A stretch of 63,302 bases of DNA, counting the filler, from Octopus bimaculoides (lineage: Eukaryota): assembly GCF_001194135.2 (NCBI RefSeq). It is 4 parts of 4 records of this genome, joined end to end, with 100 filler letters (N's around TTAATTAATTAA, not from the genome) between each part and the next. Parts side by side here need not be neighbours in the genome. Positions count along the whole stretch, not along the records: positions 1 to 30,123 come from NC_068998.1; 3 more parts are not named here. The stretch is one strand, 5' to 3'. The position numbers and the translations under genes were made by a program. Positions 12,985-25,446 of the stretch are shown one piece after another; within the stretch, counting starts at the first letter, position 1; every line of letters starts with the position of its first letter. The notes under the pieces are model-generated. The model was not told the origin of the DNA, made no database searches, and saw only the letters and a program-made list of their open reading frames with translations.

Positions 12985-15250
12985 ACTTATTGATCTATGC
13001 AGGAGGGGTGGCATTTACTAGAAGATTAGATATTCCAAATGGAGTGATTAGAAAGAGCAAATGTGGAAAAGGAGATTGAAAAATAAAGTGAAATCTTTAA
13101 GATAAGATTTGAGTAGAATAGAAGCCGGGAAAGTGAGCAAGTTAGGAAATACAAGATTTGAATCTTGTCTTGAGAAAAGATACTTAGTCAAAGAGAAAGA
13201 ATTTGGGACGGTCATAGGAGAACTGAAACAGCGTATAAGAGCAGTAACAGGTAAGGTTTTTCAATATCAGAATGAAATAGTTCAGTATCAACAAAATATA
13301 TAGATTTTATAACTAAATAAATAGTGGAGAATAAAGTACTGAAGATGTGAAAGCTAAGGCAGGGGAAGCTAGAACGATGTGGAGTTATATTTAGGATAAG
13401 CCAGCCAATAATAATGGAAATGCAGTATTGTTAAAGAAAGAGAAGGAAGAGGTAGTGATGAGAAGCAGCGAGACTTAAGATTAACTATTGCTTTAACGTG
13501 TTAGGAAAAATGCCGAATTGGAAGGGCCCAATACATGATTTAGTTGTAAGGTATTGATTAAAGAAATTGAGTTGTTTACATGGGAGGCTGAGAGAACAAC
13601 TTCAGGATTGTTTCAATGGAGGAATAATACGAGATTGGATGGCTATAGAGCGAACAATATTTCTTATGAAATATAAAAGGAATGGTAATACAGCTAGCAA
13701 TCAGACACCGCTCTCTTCTTCACCATTATTGTGGAAGCTGTTAACAGGAATAATTTCAAAAAGCATTTACGAGCAATTTGGCAACCCGAATTTATTGCCA
13801 GAAGAACAGAAGGTTAGAAGAACGTATGATCTCTTAAACATTGACAAAGCAGTTCTAAATGAAGTAAAATTTAGAAAGAAAAATCTAACAATAGCAAGGA
13901 CAGATTGTAGGTAAATTCTATACCATGGTTCAGCACTTAGGGATACGTGGATGTTTGAGTATGTTTAGGATAGTAGACAACATAAGAGAGTTAATTAGCT
14001 TTAGCATGAAGAAATGGAAAGTAAATCTCTACTCAGGTGACACAGAATCAGGGAAAGTAATATGAAGAGAGGAATTTTTCAAGGAGACTCGTTATCTCCC
14101 TTTAATATTTTTCTTATGTTTGATCACTTCCAATTTAGTTTCAAGGAAGGCAAAAGTAGGGTACCCGTTTAGAAATAGTAAGGGAAAAAATTGCCATTTG
14201 ATCCACGTGGACAAACTGAATCTTTTTTATAAGAATGAAAAAGATTTCTTGATACAAACAGTAAGACACATCAGCAAAGATACAGAAATAGAATTTGGCA
14301 TAGATAATGGTGCAGTAATAGTCATGAAAAGTGGATAGGCTATCAAAAGTGCTGCTATACAATTACCAGTTGTCCGGACATTAAAATCATTCAAAAGAGG
14401 AGAGACTTATAAGTATTAGAATCTGGCAGATTGCTAACTACAGAAATGAAAACGAAAATTGAAAAGGAGTACATCAGAAGGGTGAGGAAGTTGATAAAGT
14501 CAAAGCTAAGTGGTCGGAATCTAGGAAAGGCTCTAAATACTTGGGCAGTATCATTACTTAGATACTCAGTAGCTTTTGTAGATGGAACAAAAACTGAATT
14601 AGCAAAGTTAGAGAGAAGAAATAGGAAGGAATTCAATATGAATGGAGGATACCATCCAAATGCAGGAGTAGTAACAATATACCTACCTAGAAAGGAAGGC
14701 AGAAGAGGGTTAATATCAGGAGAAGACTGCGTGAATTTAGCTAGAATAGATATATACTCCTATTTATTTATTTATGTGTTTCAGCGAAGTGGCTGCGGTC
14801 ATGCTGGTGCACCTATGTAGGAAATAGTGAAGAAAGTTTATTAAAGCTGCTAAAATCACAGCAAGACATAGGAGAAACTAGGAACACAAACGAAGTGAAA
14901 ACCGGAAAAAGGACAGAAAATATCTAGGGAGGGTAATCCACTAGAATTTATGTAGAAAGCTAGGATTTGACAATACTGATAAACGTTATGAACGTGAACC
15001 TAGTAAAGTGCTAGAAAATAAGATAAAAAAAAAATAAGATGTTGTGGGACTTTAACATTCAAACTGATAGAGTAATGGATGCTAGAATGACTGATTTAGT
15101 ATTAGTAGATAAAGAGAATAGAAGGTGCCAGATAATTAACTTTACAGTCCCAAATGATAAAAAAGCAAAAAAACAAAAAAACAAAATGAGTGGTATAGAA
15201 AAATAGCAAGGTACCAGGCTCTAGACATTGAATTAGAGAGACATAGGAAG
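12985..15250 (+). mobile_element. Long decayed R4/Dong-type LINE (RT region through REL region)
   Basis: ELKQRIRA, LHGRLREQLQDC, PLLWKLLTGII, DLLNIDKAVLNEVK, RGIFQGDSLSP (~14065-14100), EFGID, KEYIRRVRKLIKSKL, NTWAVSLLRYS, YLPRKEGRRGLI, LWDFNIQTD..DLVLVDK. Many stops and frameshifts. Confidence 0.9.
14759..14816 (-). mobile_element. 48-bp tail-only retroposed fragment (SINE-B/LINE 3' end) with 5-bp TSD CCTAT, inserted in the Dong ORF
   Basis: CCTAT at 14759-14763 and 14812-14816. Insert on minus = GTGCACCAGCATGACCGCAGCCACTTCGCTGAAACAC-(ATAA)n, similar to the SINE-B tail. Confidence 0.75.
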
Positions 15251-15405
15251 TGCGGGTAAAATGTATCCCAGTTAATAAAGTGCCGGATGTCATTCCCCAT
15301 GTCCCGCAAATGAAATTTAAAAAAACATATAGATATACAACATATACAATATGTATAAAACCATATATATATAAAATCTGGAAGAAAAATAAAAGAAACA
15401 GAGTT

Positions 15406-15487
15406 GGATACAATAATTCCTCGACTATCGCGGGGCTACGTTCCAGAAAGCCCCACGATAGGTGAAATTCCATGAAGTAGAAACAGT
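15406..15487 (+). mobile_element. Terminal fragment of a Tigger/pogo-like (Tc1/mariner) MITE, interrupted by a SINE
   Basis: TACAATAATTCCTCGACTATCGCGGGGCTACGTTCCAGAAAGCCCCACGATAGGTGAAATTCC resembles recalled Tigger-type ends; internal ATCGCGGGGCT/AGCCCCACGAT hairpin. Confidence 0.5.
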
Positions 15488-15718
15488 TCAGGTGAGCTGG
15501 CAGAAACGTTAGCACGCTGGACGAAATGCTTAGCTGTATTTCGTCTGCCGTTACGTTCTGAGTTCAAATTCCGCCGAGGTCGACTTTGCCTTTCATCCTT
15601 GTAGGATCGATTAAATAAGACCCAGTTAAGCACTGGGGTCGATATAATCGACTTAATCCCTTTGTCTGTCCTTGTTTGTCCCCTCTATGTTTAGCCCCTT
15701 GTGGGCAATAAAGAAATA
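15488..15718 (+). mobile_element. tRNA-derived SINE family A, full length, TSD AGAAACAGT
   Basis: A-box-like GAGCTGGCAGAAACGTTAG, B-box GAGTTCAAATTCC, central GTCGACTTTGCCTTTCATCCTT..GATTAAATAAGACCCAG. TSD at 15479-15487 and 15719-15727. Confidence 0.9.
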
Positions 15719-15781
15719 AGAAACAGTACAGTACTATATATTTTTATATTATGTTTACAACTCATACATATGTATTTTATT

Positions 15782-15998
15782 ATTAGCAACGCAACCCGGC
15801 GTTGCCCGCGTCTTATGCACTACAAACACATTGTATTATTTGGTCTTTTCTTATGGGCAGAATCCTCACAGCTGATATATGATTAATGGAATAATGGAAG
15901 AGTTATTGTTTGTTCAATAGTAAATGAATTTTAATTTGTAAATTTTTTTCGATATTTTTCTTATCTCCGTTGAAAAATACAGAGATTGAGAATCTGGG

Positions 15999-16064
<66 letters not shown>

Positions 16065-16340
16065 GATAGTTTAATTTTTCTTAAAGAAACACTCAATGCC
16101 CCTTTCTCCTCCTCGCCCACCCATCAACTACCAGCTTTCAAAACGCTAAAATCTCCCAATTTTTCACTTTTGACGGATGTTTTCCGTATGCATAGAATTC
16201 TACTGAAATACTAGACTTAACAAATACCAGACTACCACTAGAAAACCCGACATGCTACAAACAACAGGTAAACGACATTATTTCTTAAGAACATTTTCCC
16301 AAAACCTAAAAGCGATACATTGGGAGTGTGTAGCTTTTTG
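15782..16340 (+). mobile_element. Possible non-autonomous Helitron/Helentron-like element
   Basis: Starts TATTAGCAACGCAACCCGGCGTTGCCCGCG, resembling recalled ACTAG...CCCGGCGTTGCCCG ends; internal (TA)n. Right boundary uncertain. Confidence 0.4.
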
Positions 16341-17250
16341 AAATTGGTGAGGTGATACGTTAAATTCTTAAAGATTCGCACTCTCTGTTTTTTCTCCATG
16401 AATTACCAAGAATAAAACTTTGAAAGCAGTAAAAAATGAATTTGGTGTGGAGAGGTAGAGAATTAAAATATTGAGAACGTATTTTGTGGGACAAATCCTA
16501 ATCTCCTGTATCGCAAACATAGTAATCTGAAGAAATTTAGGGAAAAAATTGGGCGGAGACGGAAATGTGGCCACGGACATGCTAGAAAGACGAGAGTATT
16601 TCTTTTAAAACTTCTTTTAAGTTTATTTCGAAGATAATATTTATAAATACGCTCATCAAAAACACAATTTACACAATAGAAAAAGATCATTTGGATTTGA
16701 GCTATAAAGTTGCGCATGCACGTTGCAAGAAATAATATAATTCGCATGTATGTATGTCAAACGCAGTTATTTTTTCGCGTTCTTTCGCTTGAAGAACCAA
16801 GGTTGTCAACTCGACATATATGGCATCATATGATTGTTTGTTAATTTCCGTAAAATTGTTTTTATTACATTATTCTTTGAAGAGAATAGAAATTGAAAGA
16901 GAGGATAAAGTGAAAAGGTGACATTTCCTTTGAAGTGAGAGAAGGAGAAAGTGTAAGATGTGTTTGTATACTAAATGGGCGCGTGTGAGCGAGAGAGAGA
17001 AAGAGAGAGTGAGTGAAGGTGGGTGTTGTGATGCATGGATTTTTTGCATGTATGTGTAAGTGGCACTTACTTGCTCTCTCTGTCTCTCTCTCTTTCACAC
17101 ACACACAAATTATATTTCATGCACACGCACATAGCCGAGGTAAAGAATATGCATACCACCCGTTTTTAGCGTAACCGTAATCTTAAACATCGGAAGATCG
17201 TATTTCTTTACCGTCGCCCATAAGTACATATGTATACATCTTTTTTGTGC

Positions 17251-17309
<59 letters not shown>

Positions 17310-17767
17310 TTTACATATCCTTTTCAAGCTTAAACTTTGCCGAGGTTCATCCTTATTTTTTATTATGTTATTATTGTATTTTATTTTATTTCATTGCATT
17401 TGTCAAACCTACTTAATTGTTACATTTAATTTATAGATAATTCTATATATGGTGCTGCACTTTGTAAACGCCTTTTTCTAAAATCCGAATTTCAATATTA
17501 TATAAACTGAGCAGCATTTTAAAAATTCTTTGTGTATGTACGTTATGCTCTAGACATGTTTTATGTGTATGTGTGTATTGTAGTTATGCATATGCATGTG
17601 TATGTGTGCGTCTGTTTATGTGTGTAAATATATGCATATGTTTAGATTTATGTACATACGTACATGAACGTATATGTATATTCGTGTGAGCTTATATTTG
17701 CGTACATATCTTTGTATACGGAATTATATATGTGCATTTGTATTCAAATATACACTTATGTACATGT

Positions 17768-17810
<43 letters not shown>

Positions 17811-17872
17811 NNNNNNNNNNNNNNNNNNNNNNNNNNNNNNNNNNNNNNNNNNNNNNNNNNNNNNNNNNNNNN

Positions 17873-17918
<46 letters not shown>

Positions 17919-18560
17919 TTTTTTATTTCATGTGTGAGTGCGTTACACACATTTCGTGAACTATCTTTTCTTTTCTTACTCAAAGTATGATTTCTCTTCC
18001 TACTCGATATTCGATAGCGTCCATACACAATACACTCGTTTTCTCTCTTCTCGCGCTAGCTTTCCTTTTCCTTTTCTCTCCCGCCTCCCTATGCTTAATG
18101 TATACTACCCATTTCTTTTGTCTGTAATAGATGACCTGTATATGTACATACCAAGAGATTGTGTGCTCGTGCATCTGTGCGTACATATATGTATGTGTAA
18201 GTGTGTATATATTTATGTCTTACCTATATATGTTTATATGTGTATGTAACTATTTACATGCATCTACGTACATATGTGTATTATAGATGGCTTAGTATGT
18301 GTATATGTTGCTGGAAAGATATTTATGTAATACAGCGTAAGAATTTTTAATTTTAATTTTAATTAGCATTTGGATTATATTTTGTATATAATTATTTACC
18401 AGATGTATTTAGAATCTGTGCTTCGATTTAAGGTTTTCTTCGATTTTAAGACAAGGGGAATTTACACTGAATTTATTTTGTTCATTGCATGCTTAAGACC
18501 GTTAGTTGAAAGGACCACTAAAAAAGTTTTTTTGTGATATCTGTGCTGCTTTTAATACAG

Positions 18561-18653
<93 letters not shown>

Positions 18654-18654
18654 T

Positions 18655-18840
18655 GTGAGAATTTACAAAAAAACAAGACAGAAGACGAAGACGAGTGTGT
18701 GAACAACAAACAGATGTATTAGTTTAACGCTCGGGAGTGAGAAAATCTTTTACGTTTCGAGCCTACGCTCTTAGGCCGAAAGGACGCAGAAATAAATAGG
18801 GAGAGAAAATAATAACGGTTTAGTGTCTAGCGATCAATAA
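18655..18840 (-). mobile_element. ~190-bp hammerhead-like repeat, copy 3 (more diverged)
   Basis: Aligns to 4765-4957. Retains GAGC-GUAG-GCUC-GAAA-CGU-AAAAGA but the upstream core is replaced. Abuts a (CA)n/TA tract. Confidence 0.6.
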
Positions 18841-19370
18841 ATGCATTAAATACGTGAATGTACAAACATAAGGACAGAACTATACACATATATTGGCAAT
18901 CCAATAACATGTTATAGAAGAGTATGTGTATATATCCTTAAATTACAATTATTACTTCAGTAACAGAATACGCAAACATTTGCCAGTAAAGAATTTGTGG
19001 CATATCATGAACACTATATATCCAGGAAGATATAAATTACAATCAAATTTAGCTTACAAAATCATATAACCAATAATCTATCATATATCACTTGCGCAAT
19101 GTGCTATACATTATGCCTTATTAATGCAATCGTTGGTTTAGGGACCACATCTTAATAATCAATAAATGTATAATGGCATCAATTTCAGCCAACAAGCTTT
19201 TGATAATCATGCTGTTTTAAGCCATGCACAGATGTGTGAAAATAATCTGAATAGAACATATGTATAATCATGTTCTATACAGTATAATTGCCCATATAAA
19301 GTAGTATATACATGCATAAATACATACATTCATGCATCATAATTAAATACATACATACATATATGTACCC

Positions 19371-19456
<86 letters not shown>

Positions 19457-19501
19457 GTGTGTGTGTGTGTGTGCATGCATATATATACATATATATATAC
19501 G

Positions 19502-19853
19502 ATAGTGTATAAACAATTTAAGTATCTATACAGGCAAGAGGTGACCTTTGACAGGACATCTTACATGCTAGAAAGGGCAGCCGAAACCCAAAAACACGAA
19601 TGTTCAAATAAATTAATTTGCCTTCCGTACTTCATCAGTGAGGTCGCTAAAATTAATGTATGAAGTACGGATGGCAAATTAATATATTTGCATGTTGAAA
19701 TAGAAACTCAAATCTGAGGGTATGTACAATTAAAAAAAAAAAATTATTCCCCTTGATATTGATTTTATTTGTGCTTTGGTCATTGGATGCTTTTTCTAGC
19801 ATGCAAGGTGTCCTATTAAAGGTTATCACCTCCTTCGTGTATAAATACACTAT
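19502..19853. mobile_element. Foldback/MITE-like element with outer and inner inverted repeats
   Basis: Outer arms ~19522-19585 vs ~19782-19848 (reverse complement, imperfect). Inner arms 19612-19635 vs 19660-19683 (ATTAATTTGCC(T/A)TCCGTACTTCAT). Confidence 0.7.
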
Positions 19854-19877
19854 TACATATGAAGATATGTTGTCTAT

Positions 19878-19947
<70 letters not shown>

Positions 19948-20015
19948 TGTTGAGTATTTGATTAATGAGAGAGACGAAATACACACATACACACACACAC
20001 AGACACACACACACG

Positions 20016-20047
<32 letters not shown>

Positions 20048-20051
20048 CATA

Positions 20052-21240
20052 TACTAGCTGTTGGACTCGGCGTTGCTTGTGTTTTCCGTGTTGAAGTTAA
20101 GCCCACCTCTGATATTTTATTGAAATCTTCTACGTTCCCCATTCCCATGCCAACTATTACCTATTAAGATGCTATATCTAGTTCGACAGGGATTTTATCC
20201 TGTTAACGCTTTCGACATGCTCCTACATACTGGACTGTATGAAATCGCTGTCAAACTTTTGTGTGTACCTCGACCCATTGAGAGTGATGTTTGTTTATTT
20301 CTCTCCCTTTAATGCCACTCTCTGTACAAAATTGATCTCAGCAAAATGCGAAGAAAACTGTTAAGGTTATGTCATAAAATAGAATCCATGTAACCATTTA
20401 CAGAACAATATCTCATTGATTTTTAAATCCCAATATTTTGTATGATTAATCGATGCTTCATATGTCGAAGTGCTTAATTTTACTCATGTGTCAATTTTCT
20501 TCAAAATCCGTTCCTTACTTTATTGTGAGTGAATTTTGACGAGTTCTATTGCATGACTTCGGACATAACCTTTACATAAATGTCACATTTCATCAAAATC
20601 GGATGGATTCTGTAAAAGTTACAACAGAAAATATTAATCCAATGGGTATTTGCATACAAAAAGCGTATTGATTTCTTAAAATCCCACGCTCACGCACAAT
20701 TATCGAGATTTTGTCAACTCTTCATGCCGGCATGAAATAATGGTCATGAACTGTAATCACGTTTAAAATTTCTAAAGAATCGATAAGAATTTTTCTAAGG
20801 AAATGCTTTTCTGCATTTACCTACATCTGAAAATTTACCTACTATTCAGATTTCATTAAAATCGAATAAAAAATGTAAAAGTTACAGGCAAAAATAAAAA
20901 CCTGATGGGTATTTGAACGCAAAAAGCCTATTGACCTTATTAAGCCACTGCTCAGGCACAATTGTCAATGTCATATACTAACATCAACTCCCTCATTGAT
21001 TTTGAGCAAAATCGGACAAAAAATTCAAAAGCTGCAGGAAAAATAACATCCTTTTGGGAATTTCCATTGGAACGTGTGATGGAGCTCACAAAAATCGATG
21101 CCAACTAGACATTATCAAGTTTTCGAAGAATTCCGGCCCTATTTGCACTACAGGGCTTGTGATCTACCTATGAGCCAAAAATCATTAAAATCGGTGGGAG
21201 GGGTTAGTGTAAACAAAACACTCACACACACACAGACACC
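20052..21240 (+). mobile_element. Non-autonomous Helitron-like element with internal sub-repeats
   Basis: Begins TACTAGCTGTTGGACTCGGCGTTGC. Several degenerate TTTCATCAAAATCGG..AAAAGTTACA..ATGGGTATTTG units (20587, 20851, ~21000, ~21175). Ends in a CA-rich tract. Confidence 0.55.
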
Positions 21241-21797
21241 ATTACACATGTATGTATATGAATATATATATATATATATATANNNNNNNNNNNNNNNNNN
21301 NNNNNNNNNNNNNNNNNNNNNNNNNNNNNNNNNNNNNNNNNNNNNNNNNNNNNNNNNNNNNNNNNNNNNNNNNNNNNNNNNNNNNNNNNNNNNNNNNNNN
21401 NNNNNNNNNNNNNNNNNNNNNNNNNNNNNNNNNNNNNNNNNNNNNNNNNNNNNNNNNNNNNNNNNNNNNNNNNNNNNNNNNNNNNNNNNNNNNNNNNNNN
21501 NNNNNNNNNNNNNNNNNNNNNNNNNNNNNNNNNNNNNNNNNNNNNNNNNNNNNNNNNNNNNNNNNNNNNNNNNNNNNNNNNNNNNNNNNNNNNNNNNNNN
21601 NNNNNNNNNNNNNNNNNNNNNNNNNNNNNNNNNNNNNNNNNNNNNNNNNNNNNNATTATAATATTGTACGGAGTTAAGTATACATTAGAGACTTGATTAT
21701 ATGTAGTGAAGATATTCTAAATTTTCTAATTTGTTATATTAGTAGAAACTAAAGTTTTGTATTAAACGTTGGAGTGGAATAGAGCTTGTTGTATACG

Positions 21798-21865
<68 letters not shown>

Positions 21866-21910
21866 TACATCACTAATCTAGAGCCTTGACGTTACCATTA
21901 TATTGAACGT

Positions 21911-22120
21911 GATGCAGATTCGTTAGCAAGCCGGGCGAAATGCTTAGCGTTATTTCGTCTGCTGCTACGTTCAGAATTCAAATTCCGCTGAGGTCGACTT
22001 TACTTTTCATCATTTCGAGATCGTAAATTTAGAACCAATTGTGTACTGAGGTTCATCTTATCCACTGACCCCTTCTACCAAGCTTTCAGGCCTTGTGTCT
22101 ATAATTGAAAGCATTATACT
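21911..22120 (+). mobile_element. SINE family A, diverged copy
   Basis: CGTTAGCAAGCCGGGCGAAATGCTTAGCGTTATTTCGTCTG..AATTCAAATTCCGCTGAGGTCGACTTT. Confidence 0.85.
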
Positions 22121-22810
22121 GAACGTAATTTTGCTCTAGAATGCTAAAACTGCTTAAATCTCTTGAAAACTATATAAGACATGGAAGCAGTTACTATACC
22201 CTGAAGGAATGTTTACCGCCACCTAAATAGGGCTGCCCTGTAGGAACGGGCGTTAACACTGTTTGTAACCCGAGTAGGACACCTATTGGTGGCTATCCGA
22301 TGCTGTCTGTACTCGATATATATTGCTAGCAGCAATATATATCTTCCACCCACGATACCATAAGCAACTTAATACAAGTTGAGTGTATCTGAAAATAATG
22401 CTGAAAACGAAGTCAACAAATTCTCACAATTTTTAAACATATGACTTTAAATTATAGGACTTTTCGAACATAAATGAGAAGGTTTGTCATTAAGTTTTGC
22501 TTTCTGCAACAGATATAATTGCTTTTAATATGACTTACTTGGCACTACGTTAACGCGTTATATTTTAGATGTTTTGCATTATCTTATTCGACTTGTTGGA
22601 ATTTGAAGGGCCAGTTGTTAAAGCGTGTCACTGCTATTAAGAAATATATTCAAAATTGAAGAGTTGTGTTTTGGGGAATTATGTTTAGAATATATTGTTA
22701 TACCTGAGTGTTTGAAATGAGGTTGTCACTGGTTTTACGTTTAACAAATGGTCATTTATTATATATTGTTTTCGAAATCAACGTTTAAATGAAGAGCTTG
22801 TCCAATGTTC

Positions 22811-23381
22811 ATTCATAATGTAAAGATACATTAATAAAGTGTCCATTAGTTGAAATACACACGAGCCTAAGTAATTCATTAATGGCCAAAACATAAATAA
22901 TAATATTAATTCATAATGTCCAAGATATATTCATAAAGTGTCCATTAGGCGAAATACACACGTGCCTAAGCGGTTCATTAATGGCTAAAATATAAATACT
23001 ATTTGGTTGCATATATCTATATTTATATATATCAGATTTTATTACTTTTGAAACATTTGTAATGTTTAGACTAAGCAATGGAAAAATTAGCACAATTAAA
23101 TGTTAAAATTATAGGCATTTATTAGTGAAGCAACCTTTCAATATTTTCATGAAATACTCGTTAAGATTATAGAGGTGGAACAGGAGGAAAAAATCTATAA
23201 AATCTTTTGAATCATATGCACCTGTTCTAGAATTTCATGTCCCTTTAGGTTGTTTTTAATGTATCGAGAAATAGAATTTAATATACGCTTTTCTGATAGG
23301 ATTAAGATTATTTCGAACATACTTGGTAGCATATGCTAACAATACATTCATCTAATTCAGTTATAAACACACACACACACG

Positions 23382-23438
<57 letters not shown>

Positions 23439-23607
23439 GTGTTTATACTTTACGTCTCTAGGTTATGCGAAAGTAATTTCAAAAGATATGTATACCACCA
23501 GTCTCGTTTCCGGGACATTGGCAAAAGTAAAACCACTACATAGTTTAGCTTCGTTACTATAGCGACAGTCCGGATAATTATTGATCAGACCATATATATA
23601 TATGTGC

Positions 23608-23639
<32 letters not shown>

Positions 23640-23647
23640 GTGCATGT

Positions 23648-23685
<38 letters not shown>

Positions 23686-23915
23686 GCACACATTTTTCAT
23701 ACTGTTCAAAGAATTCCTATGGATCATACTAAAACAAATGAATTGGAGTTGTATACTTTAAGGTCTTGTTCAAAATTCATTCACAAAGTGTTCATTAGGC
23801 GAAATACTCATGCGCCTAAGTGATTAATTAATGGCTGAATTATAAATAATATTTTGTTACATATATTAATATTTATATATATATCAAATTTTATTACTTT
23901 TCAAAGTTTTGCAAT
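22811..23915 (+). repeat. Local duplication: two tandem ~98-bp units (22811, 22909) plus a third, longer copy at ~23775-23915
   Basis: Shared AAAGTGT(C/T)CATTAG(GC/TT)GAAATAC.CA.G.GCCTAAG...ATTAATGGC motif. Confidence 0.8.
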
Positions 23916-24099
23916 GTTAGTTACTAAGAATTCTCAGTCAGATGTATTCAGTGAATAGTTTATCCTAATTTTCGTTTTCCTCGATACTTCATGAATAGAA
24001 TTTTGATGTCAGTAATTATGATGCATTTTGTATGCTGATACGACGGATATTGCTGATAAAATGAATAATGTGATTTTAGTTTATCTTTTCATTTTTAGA

Positions 24100-24458
24100 T
24101 GTTTCATTTACTAAACTGCAGCCATGATGAGTCACCGCATTGAAGAATTAGTATTCAAAAAGTTCGAAAGCAGTATTATACTTTATGGTACAGTGACGTA
24201 AGCACACCCCTGTCGGTTGTCAAGCATACGGACAAAATTAATAACACATACACACACATGCACACATATACACCTACACACATATATATATATGCACACG
24301 ATGAGCTTTCAGTTTCCACCTACGAAATACTGCCATGAGGCTTTGGCCGGCTCATGGTTGTTGTAGAAGATACTTGCCCAGTATGCCATGTAGTGGGGCC
24401 AAACCCGGAATCATGTGATTGAGAAGGAAGTGTCTTGTCACACAGCCACGCCTATGCC
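24100..24458 (-). mobile_element. SINE family B, diverged
   Basis: Head CACAGCCACGCC at the right end, GAAGATACTTGCCCAG, internal CA/TA tract, tail ACTGCAGCCATG. Confidence 0.8.
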
Positions 24459-24599
24459 ACATTATAAGTATAATTTGATTGTTGTTAGTATATGAATAAT
24501 AATAATTGATTTCTGACATATCCGTGTGTATATAGTCTATTATATATTATGATACATCTTTTTATAACATGAGAGATCATCTTATAAAGATTATAGACA

Positions 24600-24823
24600 A
24601 ATAATATACTGTTTCTATTCCAGGCACAAGGCCCAACATTTTCGGTGGAGGGGTCCAGTCGATTAGATCTACACCAGTACACAACTGGTACTTAATTTAT
24701 CGACCCGAAAGGATGAAAGGCAAAGTCGACCTCGGCGGAATTTGAATTCAGAACATACAAATAGACGAAATACCGCTAAGCATTTCGTCCGACGTACTAA
24801 CGTTTCTTCCAGTTCGCCGCCTT
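24600..24823 (-). mobile_element. SINE family A
   Basis: Reverse complement of the family A head and central domain (CCGAAAGGATGAAAGGCAAAGTCGACCTCGGCGGAATTTGAA). Confidence 0.9.
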
Positions 24824-25446
24824 AGCCATATAATATACTGAGAGTCATGGAACTATGTTCGAGAGTTGGATAACATTTGTAAATTTGTACACACACATAG
24901 AGCCCCCAGAAACAAACACTCACACATACGGACACACAAACACAAACACAGTGATGCACACGCACGCACGTACACACACTTATACATATACATATATATN
25001 NNNNNNNNNNNNNNNNNNNNNNNNNNNNNNNNNNNNNNNNNNNNNNNNNNNNNNNNNNNNNNNNNNNNNNNNNNNNNNNNNNNNNNNNNNNNNNNNNNNN
25101 NNNNNNNNNNNNNNNNNNNNNNNNNNNNNNNNNNNNNNNNNNNNNNNNNNNNNNNNNNNNNNNNNNNNNNNNNNNNNNNNNNNNNNNNNNNNNNNNNNNN
25201 NNNNNNNNNNNNNNNNNNNNNNNNNNNNNNNNNNNNNNNNNNNNNNNNNNNNNNNNNNNNNNNNNNNNNNNNNNNNNNNNNNNNNNNNNNNNNNNNNNNN
25301 NNNNNNNNNNNNNNNNNNNNNNNNNNNNNNNNNNNNNNNNNNNNNNNNNNNNNNNNNNNNNNNATATATATGAGATTAATGGAGACAATATTCCGTGTAC
25401 AGTACAATTGTCTTTTGTGCTCGCTTATGAGCTTAGGAGTAATAAT

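Noticed and set aside
4765-18840. Roughly regular ~7-kb spacing of the three hammerhead-like repeats
   Set aside because: The intervening sequences are unrelated, so this is not a tandem array; three points are compatible with chance.
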